55,389 nt of DNA, from contig CADBAZ010000004.1 of NCBI GenBank assembly GCA_902792835.1, positions 1 through 55,389 of the forward strand, given 5' to 3'. Under the pieces are notes generated by a model. It searched no databases, had not been told where the DNA came from, and worked only from the letters and a program-made list of their open reading frames with translations. A program made the position numbers and the translations under genes. Origin of the DNA: an uncultured Bacteroidales bacterium (GTDB taxonomy: Bacteria > Bacteroidota > Bacteroidia > Bacteroidales > Paludibacteraceae). Positions 7,400 to 16,909 of this stretch are shown piece by piece. Numbering within the stretch: the first letter of the stretch is position 1; every line of letters starts with the position of its first letter.

Positions 7400-10165
7400 A
7401 TGCTTATGAAGAAGTTACTACTATCTGTCATCGCTATGCTGGCAGTCTGCGTATTGCAGGCGCAAGAGTACGAATACCCTATTCTGAAACAAGTGCAGAA
7501 AGGCAACTATGATGCTGCAGAGAAAGATATAGAAAAACGTCTTGCCAAAGATCCGGCAGATGTGCCTTATTTGTACTCAGCCGCGAAGTTGTACTCAATG
7601 ACGGAGTTTAGCGGTCGGGATATACCCAAAGCGTACAAGTATATCAATGCCTGCAAAACGAGTTTTACGCGTCTTGATCCGGGTCCACAGGACAAACTTA
7701 TCGCCAAAGGTCTGACCAAAGAACTGCTGAACACCACGATTCACGAGATTTGTTCAGAAGCGCTCAAGGATGCCGAGGCGATCAATACCGAAGAGGCGTA
7801 CAACCAATTTCTGAAAGCCTACCCGAGAGCTGTATCGTCGCTACAACGCCAAGCCAAGGAGCATCTGAGTCATCTGGCATTTGAGCAGGCAGTAGAGAGC
7901 AATACGATTGAGGCGTACGATAACTTCATCGAGCAGAATCCTAACGGCAAGGATGTCAAGGAGGCTATACAGCGCCGGAATGCACTGGCTTATCAGCAGA
8001 CCAAAGAGGCTAACACATTGGACAGTTACCGTACATTCCTTGACAAGTATCCCGATGCGACCGAGATACCTGACGCATGGCAGCAGATCTATGCATTGGC
8101 ACTGCGTGAGGCGCAAGCTGTCGGAAGCGAAGAGGCTATTCAACAGTACCTGAGTACGTACCCCGAAAGCCCGTACGCTCAGCAGCAACTCGCCAAACAG
8201 GCTGCGGACAAATATGCCGAAGAAATAGCTGAAGGCAATTGGATGAGTCTGCGTGACAAAGCCATCAAGCGCAAAGATCAGATGGAAAAGCGACGCCTAC
8301 ACTATGCTATTTTGCAGATAGCAGGCAATCGTCATAGTCTGCCGGCAGCCGTGTTCGTCTATCAGAATGCACCGAGCGAAATCGTGAAAGACTCCGCATG
8401 GATGATCATCCACGATGTGTATTGCAGCACCGGCATACCCGCTGATATAACCAAACTGTACGAGCAATATCCCAATTCGCATTTTGCAGCCCTTGAGAAT
8501 CATGATAAGAAGATCATAGCACAATACGATATCGTGATGACGACGGATATGGGTTGGCAGAGTCTGATAAAGAATGCCGCCCCTTACCGCGTTGCGTACG
8601 AGTGGCTAATCGGACTTATTCGCGACTATCTGTTTCGTCAGGATATAGATATGGCATTACAGACCGTTCGACCGTTTGCCGAAGTGTTTGGTAACGATCC
8701 TGACTACAACAATCTGATTGCAGCCTTGGAGCAAGGGCAGCAACAGGAACTCACGCCGGAGGCTATATCCGACTCCATCAATACTTCCGCGAAAGAGTAT
8801 TCACCCGTCATGACAGCCGACGGCAATACCATCTATTTCGTGCGCGTGGTATATGACAGAACAGCGGGCAACAGCGAGGACATATATACCTCAAACAGAC
8901 GCAATGCGACATGGGAAAGAGCAACGCCGCTGATTGAGTTGAATACCCCGAATTCCAACGAAGCCATGCAATCTGTGTCGGCTGACGGTACACAGTTGAT
9001 TTTCTTCCGCAACGGACTGCTCTACTCCACCCACAAAACCTCAGAAGGCTGGTCAAAACCGACAACCCTACCCAACAACATCAACATTGCCCAATGGCAG
9101 AGCGATGCCATGATTACCAGTGATGGCAGAGCTATGCTCTTCTCTGCACAAAAAATGGTAGAAAACGAAGTAGGCACTTCGGTGAACATCTTTGTTTCAG
9201 TAATGGATGACAATGGCGAGTGGGGTGAACCAATTGATTTGGGAGCAAAGATCAACACTCCGGGTTTGGAGCGTAAGCCGTTTTTGCACCCCGATATGCA
9301 CACCTTATATTTCAGTTCTGACAGGCACAGTAATCTTGGCGACCTTGATGTATTCAAGGTTACTCGTCTGAGCGATGATTCGTGGACTGAATGGAGTGAA
9401 CCGGTTAACCTCGGTGCGCAAATCAACTCACCGCGACAAGAGTGGGGCTACAAGATTAGCACGGATGGCAGTACTGCCTATTACTCCAACGGCGCAGACC
9501 TATATACCTTGGAGTTGCCACTGAACATGCGCCCGAACGCCGTAGCAACTATATCCGGCACCGTGCGTGACGAGAACGGTCGGACAGTGGGAGTAACTAT
9601 CCGCTGGGAAGATCTGGAGACCCATGAGGGTCTCGGTCAGTTGCAGACCGACCCAAGCAACGGCTCGTTCTATCTGGTAATGCCGTTAGGCAAGAACTAC
9701 GGTTACTATATTGATGACGAACGTTACTTCCCACTCTCCAACAACATTGATCTGCGCGAGCAAAAGAAATCGATAGATATAGAGAAGAACATTCAACTCA
9801 CCTCTTACAAGCAGATGATTGAACAAGGCTTGGCTGTTCAGGTAAACAACCTGTTCTTCCCTGTTAACGAATACGAGTTGCTGCCACAGTCGGAGAACGA
9901 ACTCATCCGCGTAGCAGGAATCATCAAGGAGCGTAACTTACGTGTAGAGATCAGCGGTCACACCGACTCTACCGGCGACGCGAAAAAGAACATGACTCTA
10001 TCCGCTAAACGTGCCGAGTCGGTTCGTAACTTCCTGATCAAACAAGGCTGCAACGCTTCGCTGCTCGTAGCTAAAGGTTATGGCGCAACGCATCCTATCG
10101 CCGATAACGATACCGACGAAGGCAGACAAAAGAACCGGCGCGTTGAGCTCCAGTTCATCAAGTAA
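7400..10165 (+). CDS. Large OmpA-family outer-membrane protein (TPR-like repeats, PD40/TolB-like beta-propeller repeats, CarboxypepD_reg-like domain, C-terminal OmpA domain)
   Basis: 921 aa; likely true start MKKLLL at 7406. Repeated AY..F...YP motifs. Segment ATISGTVRDENGRTVGV. C-terminal NNLFFPVNEYEL...ISGHTDSTGDAKKNMTLSAKRAESV...NRRVEL matches the OmpA peptidoglycan-binding motif. Confidence 0.8.
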   Translation: MLMKKLLLSVIAMLAVCVLQAQEYEYPILKQVQKGNYDAAEKDIEKRLAKDPADVPYLYSAAKLYSMTEFSGRDIPKAYKYINACKTSFTRLDPGPQDKLIAKGLTKELLNTTIHEICSEALKDAEAINTEEAYNQFLKAYPRAVSSLQRQAKEHLSHLAFEQAVESNTIEAYDNFIEQNPNGKDVKEAIQRRNALAYQQTKEANTLDSYRTFLDKYPDATEIPDAWQQIYALALREAQAVGSEEAIQQYLSTYPESPYAQQQLAKQAADKYAEEIAEGNWMSLRDKAIKRKDQMEKRRLHYAILQIAGNRHSLPAAVFVYQNAPSEIVKDSAWMIIHDVYCSTGIPADITKLYEQYPNSHFAALENHDKKIIAQYDIVMTTDMGWQSLIKNAAPYRVAYEWLIGLIRDYLFRQDIDMALQTVRPFAEVFGNDPDYNNLIAALEQGQQQELTPEAISDSINTSAKEYSPVMTADGNTIYFVRVVYDRTAGNSEDIYTSNRRNATWERATPLIELNTPNSNEAMQSVSADGTQLIFFRNGLLYSTHKTSEGWSKPTTLPNNINIAQWQSDAMITSDGRAMLFSAQKMVENEVGTSVNIFVSVMDDNGEWGEPIDLGAKINTPGLERKPFLHPDMHTLYFSSDRHSNLGDLDVFKVTRLSDDSWTEWSEPVNLGAQINSPRQEWGYKISTDGSTAYYSNGADLYTLELPLNMRPNAVATISGTVRDENGRTVGVTIRWEDLETHEGLGQLQTDPSNGSFYLVMPLGKNYGYYIDDERYFPLSNNIDLREQKKSIDIEKNIQLTSYKQMIEQGLAVQVNNLFFPVNEYELLPQSENELIRVAGIIKERNLRVEISGHTDSTGDAKKNMTLSAKRAESVRNFLIKQGCNASLLVAKGYGATHPIADNDTDEGRQKNRRVELQFIK

Positions 10166-10201
10166 GAAAACGTGGTATTGTAAAAAGAGTGGTATAGCCG
10201 C

Positions 10202-11950
10202 CTACTCGTCAGAGAAGTGCACAAGCACGTGACGATAGGAGTTGAATATCTTGGATTTGGAAACGAATCCAAGATATTTCTTGTTAGCATCTACCACCGG
10301 CAGGTTCCATGCGCCGGTGTCCTCGAATATCTCCATGACTTTTTCCATGGGCATATCGTGGCGGAGGACTACTTGCGGATAGTTCATCAGTTGTGCTACC
10401 GTGAAGCGGTTGTACAAGCGCGGTTGGAACATGATGTTACGCACCTCATCTAAAAGGAGGATACCTTGCAGTTCGCCGTTGGCGTCCACTACGGGGAAGA
10501 TGTTACGCTTGCTATCGGCTATGACCTTGACGAGTTGTCCGAGCGTCATGTCGGGCGAAACGGTACGAAGGTCAGTTTCCAAGACATTATTCATCTTGAG
10601 CAGGGTAAGTACCGAACGATCCTTGTTATGCGTGAGCAACTCGCCTTTCTGCGCCAGACGCATGGCGTAAAGGCTGTGTGGCTCGAAGAACATGATAGTC
10701 AGATACGATACAACCGCCACAATCATCAGAGGCATGAGCAGGTGATAGCCGCCGGTGAGTTCGGCGATGAGGAAGATTCCCGTCAGCGGCGCATGCATCA
10801 CACCGGACATCAAGCCAGCCATTCCCACAAGCGTAAAGTTAACAATCGGAACAGAGATGCCAACCAACTTGAGCAGGTACGCACAAATAAACCCTACCAA
10901 TGCGCCCATGAACAATGAGGGTGCAAATATACCACCTACTCCACCGCCGCCGTTGGTGGCTACCGATGCTACGATCTTCAGTAGAAGAACAGCCGAAAAA
11001 TATACAATGATCAACCACATACCATCACCGAGCTTCGCAAACGGGCTGAACATGATACCCGACTGCGGATCGTCGTTGAAGAGTTGCAGGATCACGTCGT
11101 AGCCCTCACCGTAGAGTGGTGGAAACAGATATACCAGCAAGCCTAACACCGAGCCGCCGATGATGATTTTCAGCCACATATTCGGCAGACGTTTGAAGTG
11201 CTGCTCGAGCCAGTTCATCCCACGCGTGAAGTATAGCGACACAAAGCCGCACGCAACGCCTAACAACAAATACCAAGGAATACGTCCGAGCGTGAACGAC
11301 TCGATGGTGGTCAGTTCGAACATCGGAGTAAAGCCGGAAGTGAAATAAGCGATAGCGGTAGCAGTGACCGAGGAGATAAGCAATGGCGCGATGGAGTTCA
11401 TTGTGATGTCCATCATCAACACTTCAAGTGTAAAGACAAGACCAGCTATCGGAGCCTTGAATATACCGCCTATAGCACCGGCTGCACCGCAGCCTATCAT
11501 GAGCATCATCGTCTTTTGGTCAAGGTGGAAGAGTTTGGCGAGGTTGGAACCTATAGCTGCACCGGTCAGCACGATAGGAGCCTCAGCACCGACAGATCCG
11601 CCGAAACCGATGGTTATGCCGCTACCTATAAGACTCGACCACATATTATGCGGTTTGATGATAGACTTGCGCTGAGAGATAGCGTACAGGATCTTTGTTA
11701 TACCGTGCGATATATCATCGCGTACCACGTACTTGACAAAGAGTGCCGCCAGAGCGATGCCGATCATCGGACAAACAATCAGCCACCACCAATGTTCACC
11801 GGCTATAAGGTACGTATTAATCAGATACTGAATCAAATGGATGAACATCTTCAACAAATAGGCAGCAATAGCCGACAAAATGCCGACCATCAGACTGAGT
11901 AGCAACACGAGTTGCTTCTGACCTATATGTTGCTGAATCCACTTAACCAT
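10202..11950 (-). CDS. ClC-family voltage-gated chloride channel/antiporter with C-terminal CBS pair
   Basis: 582 aa polytopic protein. [17 protein letters not shown] and [11 protein letters not shown] ClC selectivity motifs; CBS-like C-terminus. Its start overlaps the obg stop by 8 nt. Confidence 0.88.
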   Translation of the reverse strand: MVKWIQQHIGQKQLVLLLSLMVGILSAIAAYLLKMFIHLIQYLINTYLIAGEHWWWLIVCPMIGIALAALFVKYVVRDDISHGITKILYAISQRKSIIKPHNMWSSLIGSGITIGFGGSVGAEAPIVLTGAAIGSNLAKLFHLDQKTMMLMIGCGAAGAIGGIFKAPIAGLVFTLEVLMMDITMNSIAPLLISSVTATAIAYFTSGFTPMFELTTIESFTLGRIPWYLLLGVACGFVSLYFTRGMNWLEQHFKRLPNMWLKIIIGGSVLGLLVYLFPPLYGEGYDVILQLFNDDPQSGIMFSPFAKLGDGMWLIIVYFSAVLLLKIVASVATNGGGGVGGIFAPSLFMGALVGFICAYLLKLVGISVPIVNFTLVGMAGLMSGVMHAPLTGIFLIAELTGGYHLLMPLMIVAVVSYLTIMFFEPHSLYAMRLAQKGELLTHNKDRSVLTLLKMNNVLETDLRTVSPDMTLGQLVKVIADSKRNIFPVVDANGELQGILLLDEVRNIMFQPRLYNRFTVAQLMNYPQVVLRHDMPMEKVMEIFEDTGAWNLPVVDANKKYLGFVSKSKIFNSYRHVLVHFSDE

Positions 11951-13121
11951 CTGTTTGCGTATCCCAACCTATACCTGCGTACTTCGAGAGATCCCACTCC
12001 TCCTCAACCTCGTTGAGATAAATAGTGTGTTCTTCGTCGTCCTGATCGTTGCCGGCTTCGGCTTCCTGACGCTCCACGCGCTCGATATCCAGCGGTGAGT
12101 GAGAAATCTCGATGACCTGATTCTGCTCCTTGGAGAGTTCTTCCCACAATATGTCTTTGAGTTCGCTGATGCCTTGACCACTGACCGAAGAGAATGCCAC
12201 TACGGGAATCTTGTATTCGTCGCCAAGTTTGGCGACAATCTTGCTAACCTCATTCTCAGGCATTGTATCCGACTTGCTCACGGCAAGAATACGCGCTTTG
12301 GTCAGTAGTTGGGGATTATACTTCTCCAATTCAGAGAGCAATATCTCATATTCGTGCTTGGGGTCCTCGGTGCAAGCCGGAACAAGGAAAAGCAGTACGG
12401 CATTACGCTCTATGTGACGCAAGAACCGTAGTCCAAGACCTTTGCCTTCGGCAGCGCCCTCAATGATGCCGGGTATATCTGCCATGCAGAACGAACGGTC
12501 GTCGCGATAGGAGACTATACCGAGTTGCGGCGTAAGGGTTGTGAAAGGGTAGTCAGCTATCTCCGGTTTAGCAGCCGACACAACGGACAATAGCGTTGAT
12601 TTGCCTGCATTGGGGAAGCCCACCAAACCTACATCGGCAAGCACCTTGATCTGCATGATTACCACACGTTCCTGTGCCGGTTCGCCAGGCTGAGCATAAC
12701 GCGGTGCTTGGTTGGTAGAGGTGCGGAAATGCCAGTTACCTAATCCGCCTCGACCGCCTTTGAGCAAGATAACCTGCTGACCATGCTCCTTGACTTCGGT
12801 AATCCACTCGCCTGTTTCGCCATCATAAACCACTGTACCGCAAGGTACCTCAATGATGCGATCCTCGCCGTCCTTGCCGAACGAACGAGACTCACCACCC
12901 TTGCCGCCGTCAGTGGCTTGGATGTGCTTCTGGTACTTGAGATGCAGCAGCGTCCACAGGTTACGGTTGCCGCGCAGGATAATATGCCCACCGCGACCTC
13001 CGTCACCACCATCAGGCCCACCTTTTGGCACGTATTTGGCACGGTGAAAATGCAGACTGCCTGCACCGCCCTTACCCGAGCGGCAGTAGATCTTGACGTA
13101 GTCAATAAAGTTAGATGCCAT
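11943..13121 (-). CDS. obgE: GTPase ObgE/CgtA
   Basis: [45 protein letters not shown] Obg fold plus G-domain GFPNAGKST. The ATG at 13121 is preferred over the TTG at 13127 used by the ORF track. Confidence 0.92.
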   Translation of the reverse strand: MASNFIDYVKIYCRSGKGGAGSLHFHRAKYVPKGGPDGGDGGRGGHIILRGNRNLWTLLHLKYQKHIQATDGGKGGESRSFGKDGEDRIIEVPCGTVVYDGETGEWITEVKEHGQQVILLKGGRGGLGNWHFRTSTNQAPRYAQPGEPAQERVVIMQIKVLADVGLVGFPNAGKSTLLSVVSAAKPEIADYPFTTLTPQLGIVSYRDDRSFCMADIPGIIEGAAEGKGLGLRFLRHIERNAVLLFLVPACTEDPKHEYEILLSELEKYNPQLLTKARILAVSKSDTMPENEVSKIVAKLGDEYKIPVVAFSSVSGQGISELKDILWEELSKEQNQVIEISHSPLDIERVERQEAEAGNDQDDEEHTIYLNEVEEEWDLSKYAGIGWDTQTDG

Positions 13122-13132
13122 ATGCAATATGC

Positions 13133-13152
13133 ATCCGCCAAGGTTGGCGGAT
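13133..13152. repeat. Palindrome ATCCGCCAAGGTTGGCGGAT (GCCAA-NN-TTGGC core) between the obg start and the adk stop
   Basis: 9-bp arms read directly from the sequence. Member of a recurrent motif (see findings). Confidence 0.8.
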
Positions 13153-13727
13153 TAATAAATCTTCTTCAGAATGCGGCTAATGCGTCCGTATATCTCACTA
13201 ATGGTACCCAGGCCCTGAATACGTGCGTATTTGTCATGCAACTCGTAGTAATCGTCAACAGGGCGAGTTTGCTCGTGATAAACAACAAGACGCTCTTTGA
13301 TTGTTTCCAGATTATCGTCAGCCCGGCCGCTGATCTTACCGCGTTCGATAAGACGACGGATCAGTTCGTCCTCAGGCACGTTGATGTCGATGAGTATAGC
13401 GGTTTCATCGCCGCGTTTCTTCATCAGGCGCTCCAACTGAACGGCTTGATTAAGAGTACGCGGAAAACCGTCGAAAATCAGTCCTTTGGTGTCTGCCGGC
13501 AACCGGTCGATATACTCCTCAAGCATCTTAATTGTAATATCATCCGGAACCAGATGTCCTTGAGCAGTATAACTCTCGATGAGTTTGCCGAGTTCACTGC
13601 CGGAAGCAGCCTCACTGCGCATCATTTGACCAGTGCTGAGGTGCAACAAACCGTAGTTGGCAACAATAAATTCCGCTTGCGTGCCTTTGCCGCAACCCGG
13701 AGCGCCACATAGTATTATATTCTTCAT
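13152..13727 (-). CDS. adk: Adenylate kinase
   Basis: MKNIILCGAPGCGKGTQAEFI P-loop; short lid; 191 aa. Confidence 0.95.
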   Translation of the reverse strand: MKNIILCGAPGCGKGTQAEFIVANYGLLHLSTGQMMRSEAASGSELGKLIESYTAQGHLVPDDITIKMLEEYIDRLPADTKGLIFDGFPRTLNQAVQLERLMKKRGDETAILIDINVPEDELIRRLIERGKISGRADDNLETIKERLVVYHEQTRPVDDYYELHDKYARIQGLGTISEIYGRISRILKKIY

Positions 13728-13859
13728 AAGAAGTAGTCAGTTTTCAGTGTTCAGAATTCTTATTTCGCTTTGCTCAAACGATTATTTCAGTTTTCAAATG
13801 CACATTCATAAAAAACGAGTTACCCTTGCGAGTAACCCATTTTCCTTGAACAAGCAAGA

Positions 13860-14123
13860 TTAGAAAGCGAGCTTAGCACCTGCTTTGAACTTAACAGCCT
13901 TCTTTGCAGGAATGTCAATAACTTGCTTGGTAGCAGGATTGATACCCTTGCGAGCAGCCTTCTCTGCAACCTTCAAAGTTGCGAAACCAATAAGTTGTAC
14001 AGCCTCACCCTTCTGAAGAGCCTCAGCAATTGCGTCCAATGCAGCGTCAAGACCTTTAGCGGCAGCTGCTTTCGAAATCTCAGCTTTTGCTGCGATTGCA
14101 GCAACGAGTTCACCTTTGTTCAT
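13860..14123 (-). CDS. hup: HU-family DNA-binding protein
   Basis: 87 aa. MNKGELVAAIA...GFATLKVAEKAARKGINPATKQVIDIPAKKAVKFKAG matches the HU/IHF fold signature. Confidence 0.9.
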   Translation of the reverse strand: MNKGELVAAIAAKAEISKAAAAKGLDAALDAIAEALQKGEAVQLIGFATLKVAEKAARKGINPATKQVIDIPAKKAVKFKAGAKLAF

Positions 14124-14180
14124 AATAGTTAGATTAATTTAAACGTTTAAAAAATCGGAGAATTCTCCATACTAACACTG

Positions 14181-14188
14181 CAAAGATA
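14181..14188 (-). promoter_or_regulatory. -7 box (TATCTTTG on minus strand) reading toward the HU gene
   Basis: Plus text ctgCAAAGATAcaacatttttt, about 60 nt upstream of the HU start. Confidence 0.5.
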
Positions 14189-14301
14189 CAACATTTTTTG
14201 CAAATCCGCAAATATTTTTGATAAAAAATGCACGAAAGCCGTATTTTTTTTCATTTTTTTACTATTTAGCACGGAAATTGTTACTATTTCAGTATATTTT
14301 T

Positions 14302-15027
14302 ATGCATTTTGACATGAGAAATTTACCCGTTGTAACAAAGAATATATTGCTCGCAAACGTTATTGTTTGGCTGTTAGATTCCCTTCTTGAGCGATATGGA
14401 GTGCATTTGGTTGAGTGGTTTGGACTGATGAACTGGTCGTTTTCGTCATTTGGTAATGGTTACGGTTCGTTTCATTTGTGGCAATTGTTCACCTATATGT
14501 TCATGCACGCCAACTTCTCTCACCTGTTCTGCAATATGTTCGCCGTGCTGATGTTCGGACCTGCATTGGAACGTGAATGGGGTGAGCGAAAGTTTATCGT
14601 GTATTACCTTGTATGCGGCATAGGCGCTGCGTTGGTACAGGAGTTGGTGTGGATGGCATTTATGCCCGGGCAACTATCCGTCACCATCGGTGCCAGTGGC
14701 GCTGTGTTCGGTATTTTGCTGGCATTCGGCTGGTTGTTCCCCGACGTTCCCTTATACCTCTTCTTTATACCCGTGCCTATACGCGCGCGAATCTTCGTGA
14801 TTGCCTATGCGGTGATTGAGTTGTTTGCCGGCTTAGCTAACTTCTCCGGCGACAATGTGGCGCACTTTGCTCACCTTGGAGGAATGCTCTTCGGCTGGCT
14901 GCTGATACTATGCTGGCAGAAAGGTTGGTTTGACGGGAAATGGAAAGACAAGATACACCTTGCTTCCGACCGACGCGAGAAGGGTGAACGGGACTTTTCC
15001 GGCTATCATTATCACAAATCAGAATAG
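14302..15027 (+). CDS. Rhomboid-family intramembrane serine protease
   Basis: HANFSHLFCN, GASGAVFG (catalytic Ser) and AHLGG (catalytic His) motifs. ATG at 14302 (or 14314) is preferred over the long upstream extension in the ORF track. Confidence 0.85.
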   Translation: MHFDMRNLPVVTKNILLANVIVWLLDSLLERYGVHLVEWFGLMNWSFSSFGNGYGSFHLWQLFTYMFMHANFSHLFCNMFAVLMFGPALEREWGERKFIVYYLVCGIGAALVQELVWMAFMPGQLSVTIGASGAVFGILLAFGWLFPDVPLYLFFIPVPIRARIFVIAYAVIELFAGLANFSGDNVAHFAHLGGMLFGWLLILCWQKGWFDGKWKDKIHLASDRREKGERDFSGYHYHKSE

Positions 15028-15050
15028 TCATTACCACGAATCAGAATACC

Positions 15051-15950
15051 ATGCAGAATCTCATCACAGTCATCGGGGGATCAAATGTTGATTTATCTGC
15101 CGCATTGTTTGACAGCTTTATTGCTGCCGACTCCAACCCGGGAAAAGTAGATATAGGCTATGGCGGAGTAGCACGAAATATCGCTCATAACCTCGCCCTG
15201 CTCGGCAACCGCGTACAACTGCTTACCGCCTTTGGTGGAGATCTGTTCGGCAAACTCCTGCGCGATCATTGTTCGCAGCAGGGCATAGATACACACTTGT
15301 CATCCAACGTGGAGAACATGCGCAGCGGCACGTACCTTTGTATCAACAACCACAGCGGAGAGATGATTGCTGCTGTAGCAGATACCGAAATCGTTAATAT
15401 CATCACACCCGAATGGCTGGAGCGACGCATGGGCGACATCAACTTATCCGATTTTGTAGTAGCGGATACGAACATCAGCGAGAATGCTATCCGGTTCCTC
15501 ATGGACAACACGACTGTTCCCCTGCTCATTGACGGCGTGAGTTCAACCAAGGCGCACCGCGTGATGAATGCGCTTACCAATGCCAAACTCCCCTATCTCC
15601 ATTCGCTCAAACTCAACCTGAAAGAAGCTACGGCAATCACCGGCGAAGCGAGTTATGCGCTCGCTGCGCAGCGGCTCATCGATCTTGGAGTGCAATATGT
15701 GTATATCACCCTCGGCAGCGAAGGAGTTTATTGCCGCAATGCCGCCGAAGAGTGGCTCTATCCCGCTCTACCCTTAACAGAAGTAGCGAATACTACCGGA
15801 GCAGGTGACGCATTTCTTGCCGGAGTGGTGTATGCGCTCAGCAAAGGGCTCGCGTTCCCGCAAACGGCGCAATATGGACTCATGGCAGCACGCGCCACAC
15901 TCATGAGCCCCAAGGCCGTCAACCCTGATATAGCCAATATCCTATTATAG
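15051..15950 (+). CDS. psuK: PfkB-family carbohydrate kinase, probable pseudouridine kinase
   Basis: PfkB signatures (GGVARNIA, NTTGAGDAFLAGVVYA). Lies immediately upstream of psuG. Confidence 0.7.
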   Translation: MQNLITVIGGSNVDLSAALFDSFIAADSNPGKVDIGYGGVARNIAHNLALLGNRVQLLTAFGGDLFGKLLRDHCSQQGIDTHLSSNVENMRSGTYLCINNHSGEMIAAVADTEIVNIITPEWLERRMGDINLSDFVVADTNISENAIRFLMDNTTVPLLIDGVSSTKAHRVMNALTNAKLPYLHSLKLNLKEATAITGEASYALAAQRLIDLGVQYVYITLGSEGVYCRNAAEEWLYPALPLTEVANTTGAGDAFLAGVVYALSKGLAFPQTAQYGLMAARATLMSPKAVNPDIANILL

Positions 15951-15952
15951 TA

Positions 15953-15972
15953 AGCAGCCAATATTGGCTGCT
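15953..15972. repeat. Perfect 20-bp palindrome AGCAGCCAATATTGGCTGCT (GCCAA-NN-TTGGC core) between psuK and psuG
   Basis: Read directly from the sequence. Confidence 0.85.
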
Positions 15973-15992
15973 ATAGCAATCACATATCACAA

Positions 15993-16904
15993 ATGAACAA
16001 ATACTTATCCATATCGCCTGAAGTGGCGAAAGCACTTAGCGAGGGCAAACCGGTTGTAGCCCTTGAGTCAACCATCATCAGCCACGGCATGCCTTATCCG
16101 CAGAACGTCGAAACCGCTTTGCGCGTCGAGCAGACCATCCGCGACAACGGTGCAGTGCCGGCTACCATCGCTATCATCGGCGGCAAACTCAAAGCCGGCT
16201 GTACTCCCGAGGAGATTGAGTACCTCGGCAAGAAAGGTCAAGCTGTCATCAAAGCCTCTCGGCGCGATCTGCCCGTGCTCATTGCTCGCGGCGAGGATGG
16301 TGCCACAACGGTTACCACCACGATGATCATCGCCGCTATGGCTGGCATCAAAGTCTTTGCCACTGGCGGTATAGGCGGCGTACATCGTGGTGCACAGCAG
16401 ACCTTCGATATCTCCGCCGACCTTGAGGAACTGGCACAAACACCTGTCATGGTTATCTGCGCCGGAGCGAAATCCATCCTCGATCTTGGGCTGACTCTTG
16501 AGTATCTTGAAACGAAAGGTGTGCCTGTTATCGGCTACGGCACAGATGAACTGCCTGCCTTCTACACGCGCCATAGCGGGTTCGGAGTGGACTACCGCAT
16601 TGATTCGCCCGAGGAACTGGCTGCTGCATTCCGTGCCAAACTGGACTGCGGACTCAAGGGCGGAATGCTCGTAACCAACCCCATCCCCGAGCAGTACTCA
16701 ATGCCTAAAGAGGTAATTGACAAAGCCATCAACCAGGCTCTGCGTGAAATGGATGAACAAGGCATCCACGGCAAGCAATGCACGCCGTTCTTGCTCGCCA
16801 AGGTCAAAGACCTCACGGGCGGCGAGAGCCTGGCGTCGAACATCCAGCTCGTGCTCAACAACGCACGCCTTGCTGCCCGCACAGCCGCAGCTTTAGCGCA
16901 ATAA
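15993..16904 (+). CDS. psuG: Pseudouridine-5'-phosphate glycosidase
   Basis: [19 protein letters not shown] and GGIGGVHRG motifs typical of PsuG/IndA family; 303 aa. Confidence 0.9.
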   Translation: MNKYLSISPEVAKALSEGKPVVALESTIISHGMPYPQNVETALRVEQTIRDNGAVPATIAIIGGKLKAGCTPEEIEYLGKKGQAVIKASRRDLPVLIARGEDGATTVTTTMIIAAMAGIKVFATGGIGGVHRGAQQTFDISADLEELAQTPVMVICAGAKSILDLGLTLEYLETKGVPVIGYGTDELPAFYTRHSGFGVDYRIDSPEELAAAFRAKLDCGLKGGMLVTNPIPEQYSMPKEVIDKAINQALREMDEQGIHGKQCTPFLLAKVKDLTGGESLASNIQLVLNNARLAARTAAALAQ

Positions 16905-16909
16905 TGCAA

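Noticed and set aside
12222-12237. TCGCCAAGTTTGGCGA palindrome inside obg as a functional member of the GCCAA-NN-TTGGC family.
   Set aside because: It lies within conserved coding sequence (IVAKLGDEY) and may be a by-product of codon choice. It is counted in the enrichment estimate but not called as a feature.
7400-13127. Alternative upstream starts used by the ORF track: 7400 versus 7406; TTG at 13127 versus ATG at 13121; 14218 versus 14302; 26886 versus 26838; 39221 versus 39086; 2335 versus 2425; 1976 versus 2069.
   Set aside because: The longer versions extend through promoter boxes or the preceding gene and add non-homologous N-termini. The downstream ATGs give canonical N-termini or signal peptides.
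15013-15048. 14-nt near-repeat CACAAATCAGAATA / CACGAATCAGAATA spanning the rhomboid stop and the psuK start.
   Set aside because: There are only two copies at 22-nt spacing, not 7-periodic. The first copy is coding (HKSE). It is related in sequence to the CTGA-type heptamers (ATCAGAA) but too weak to call.
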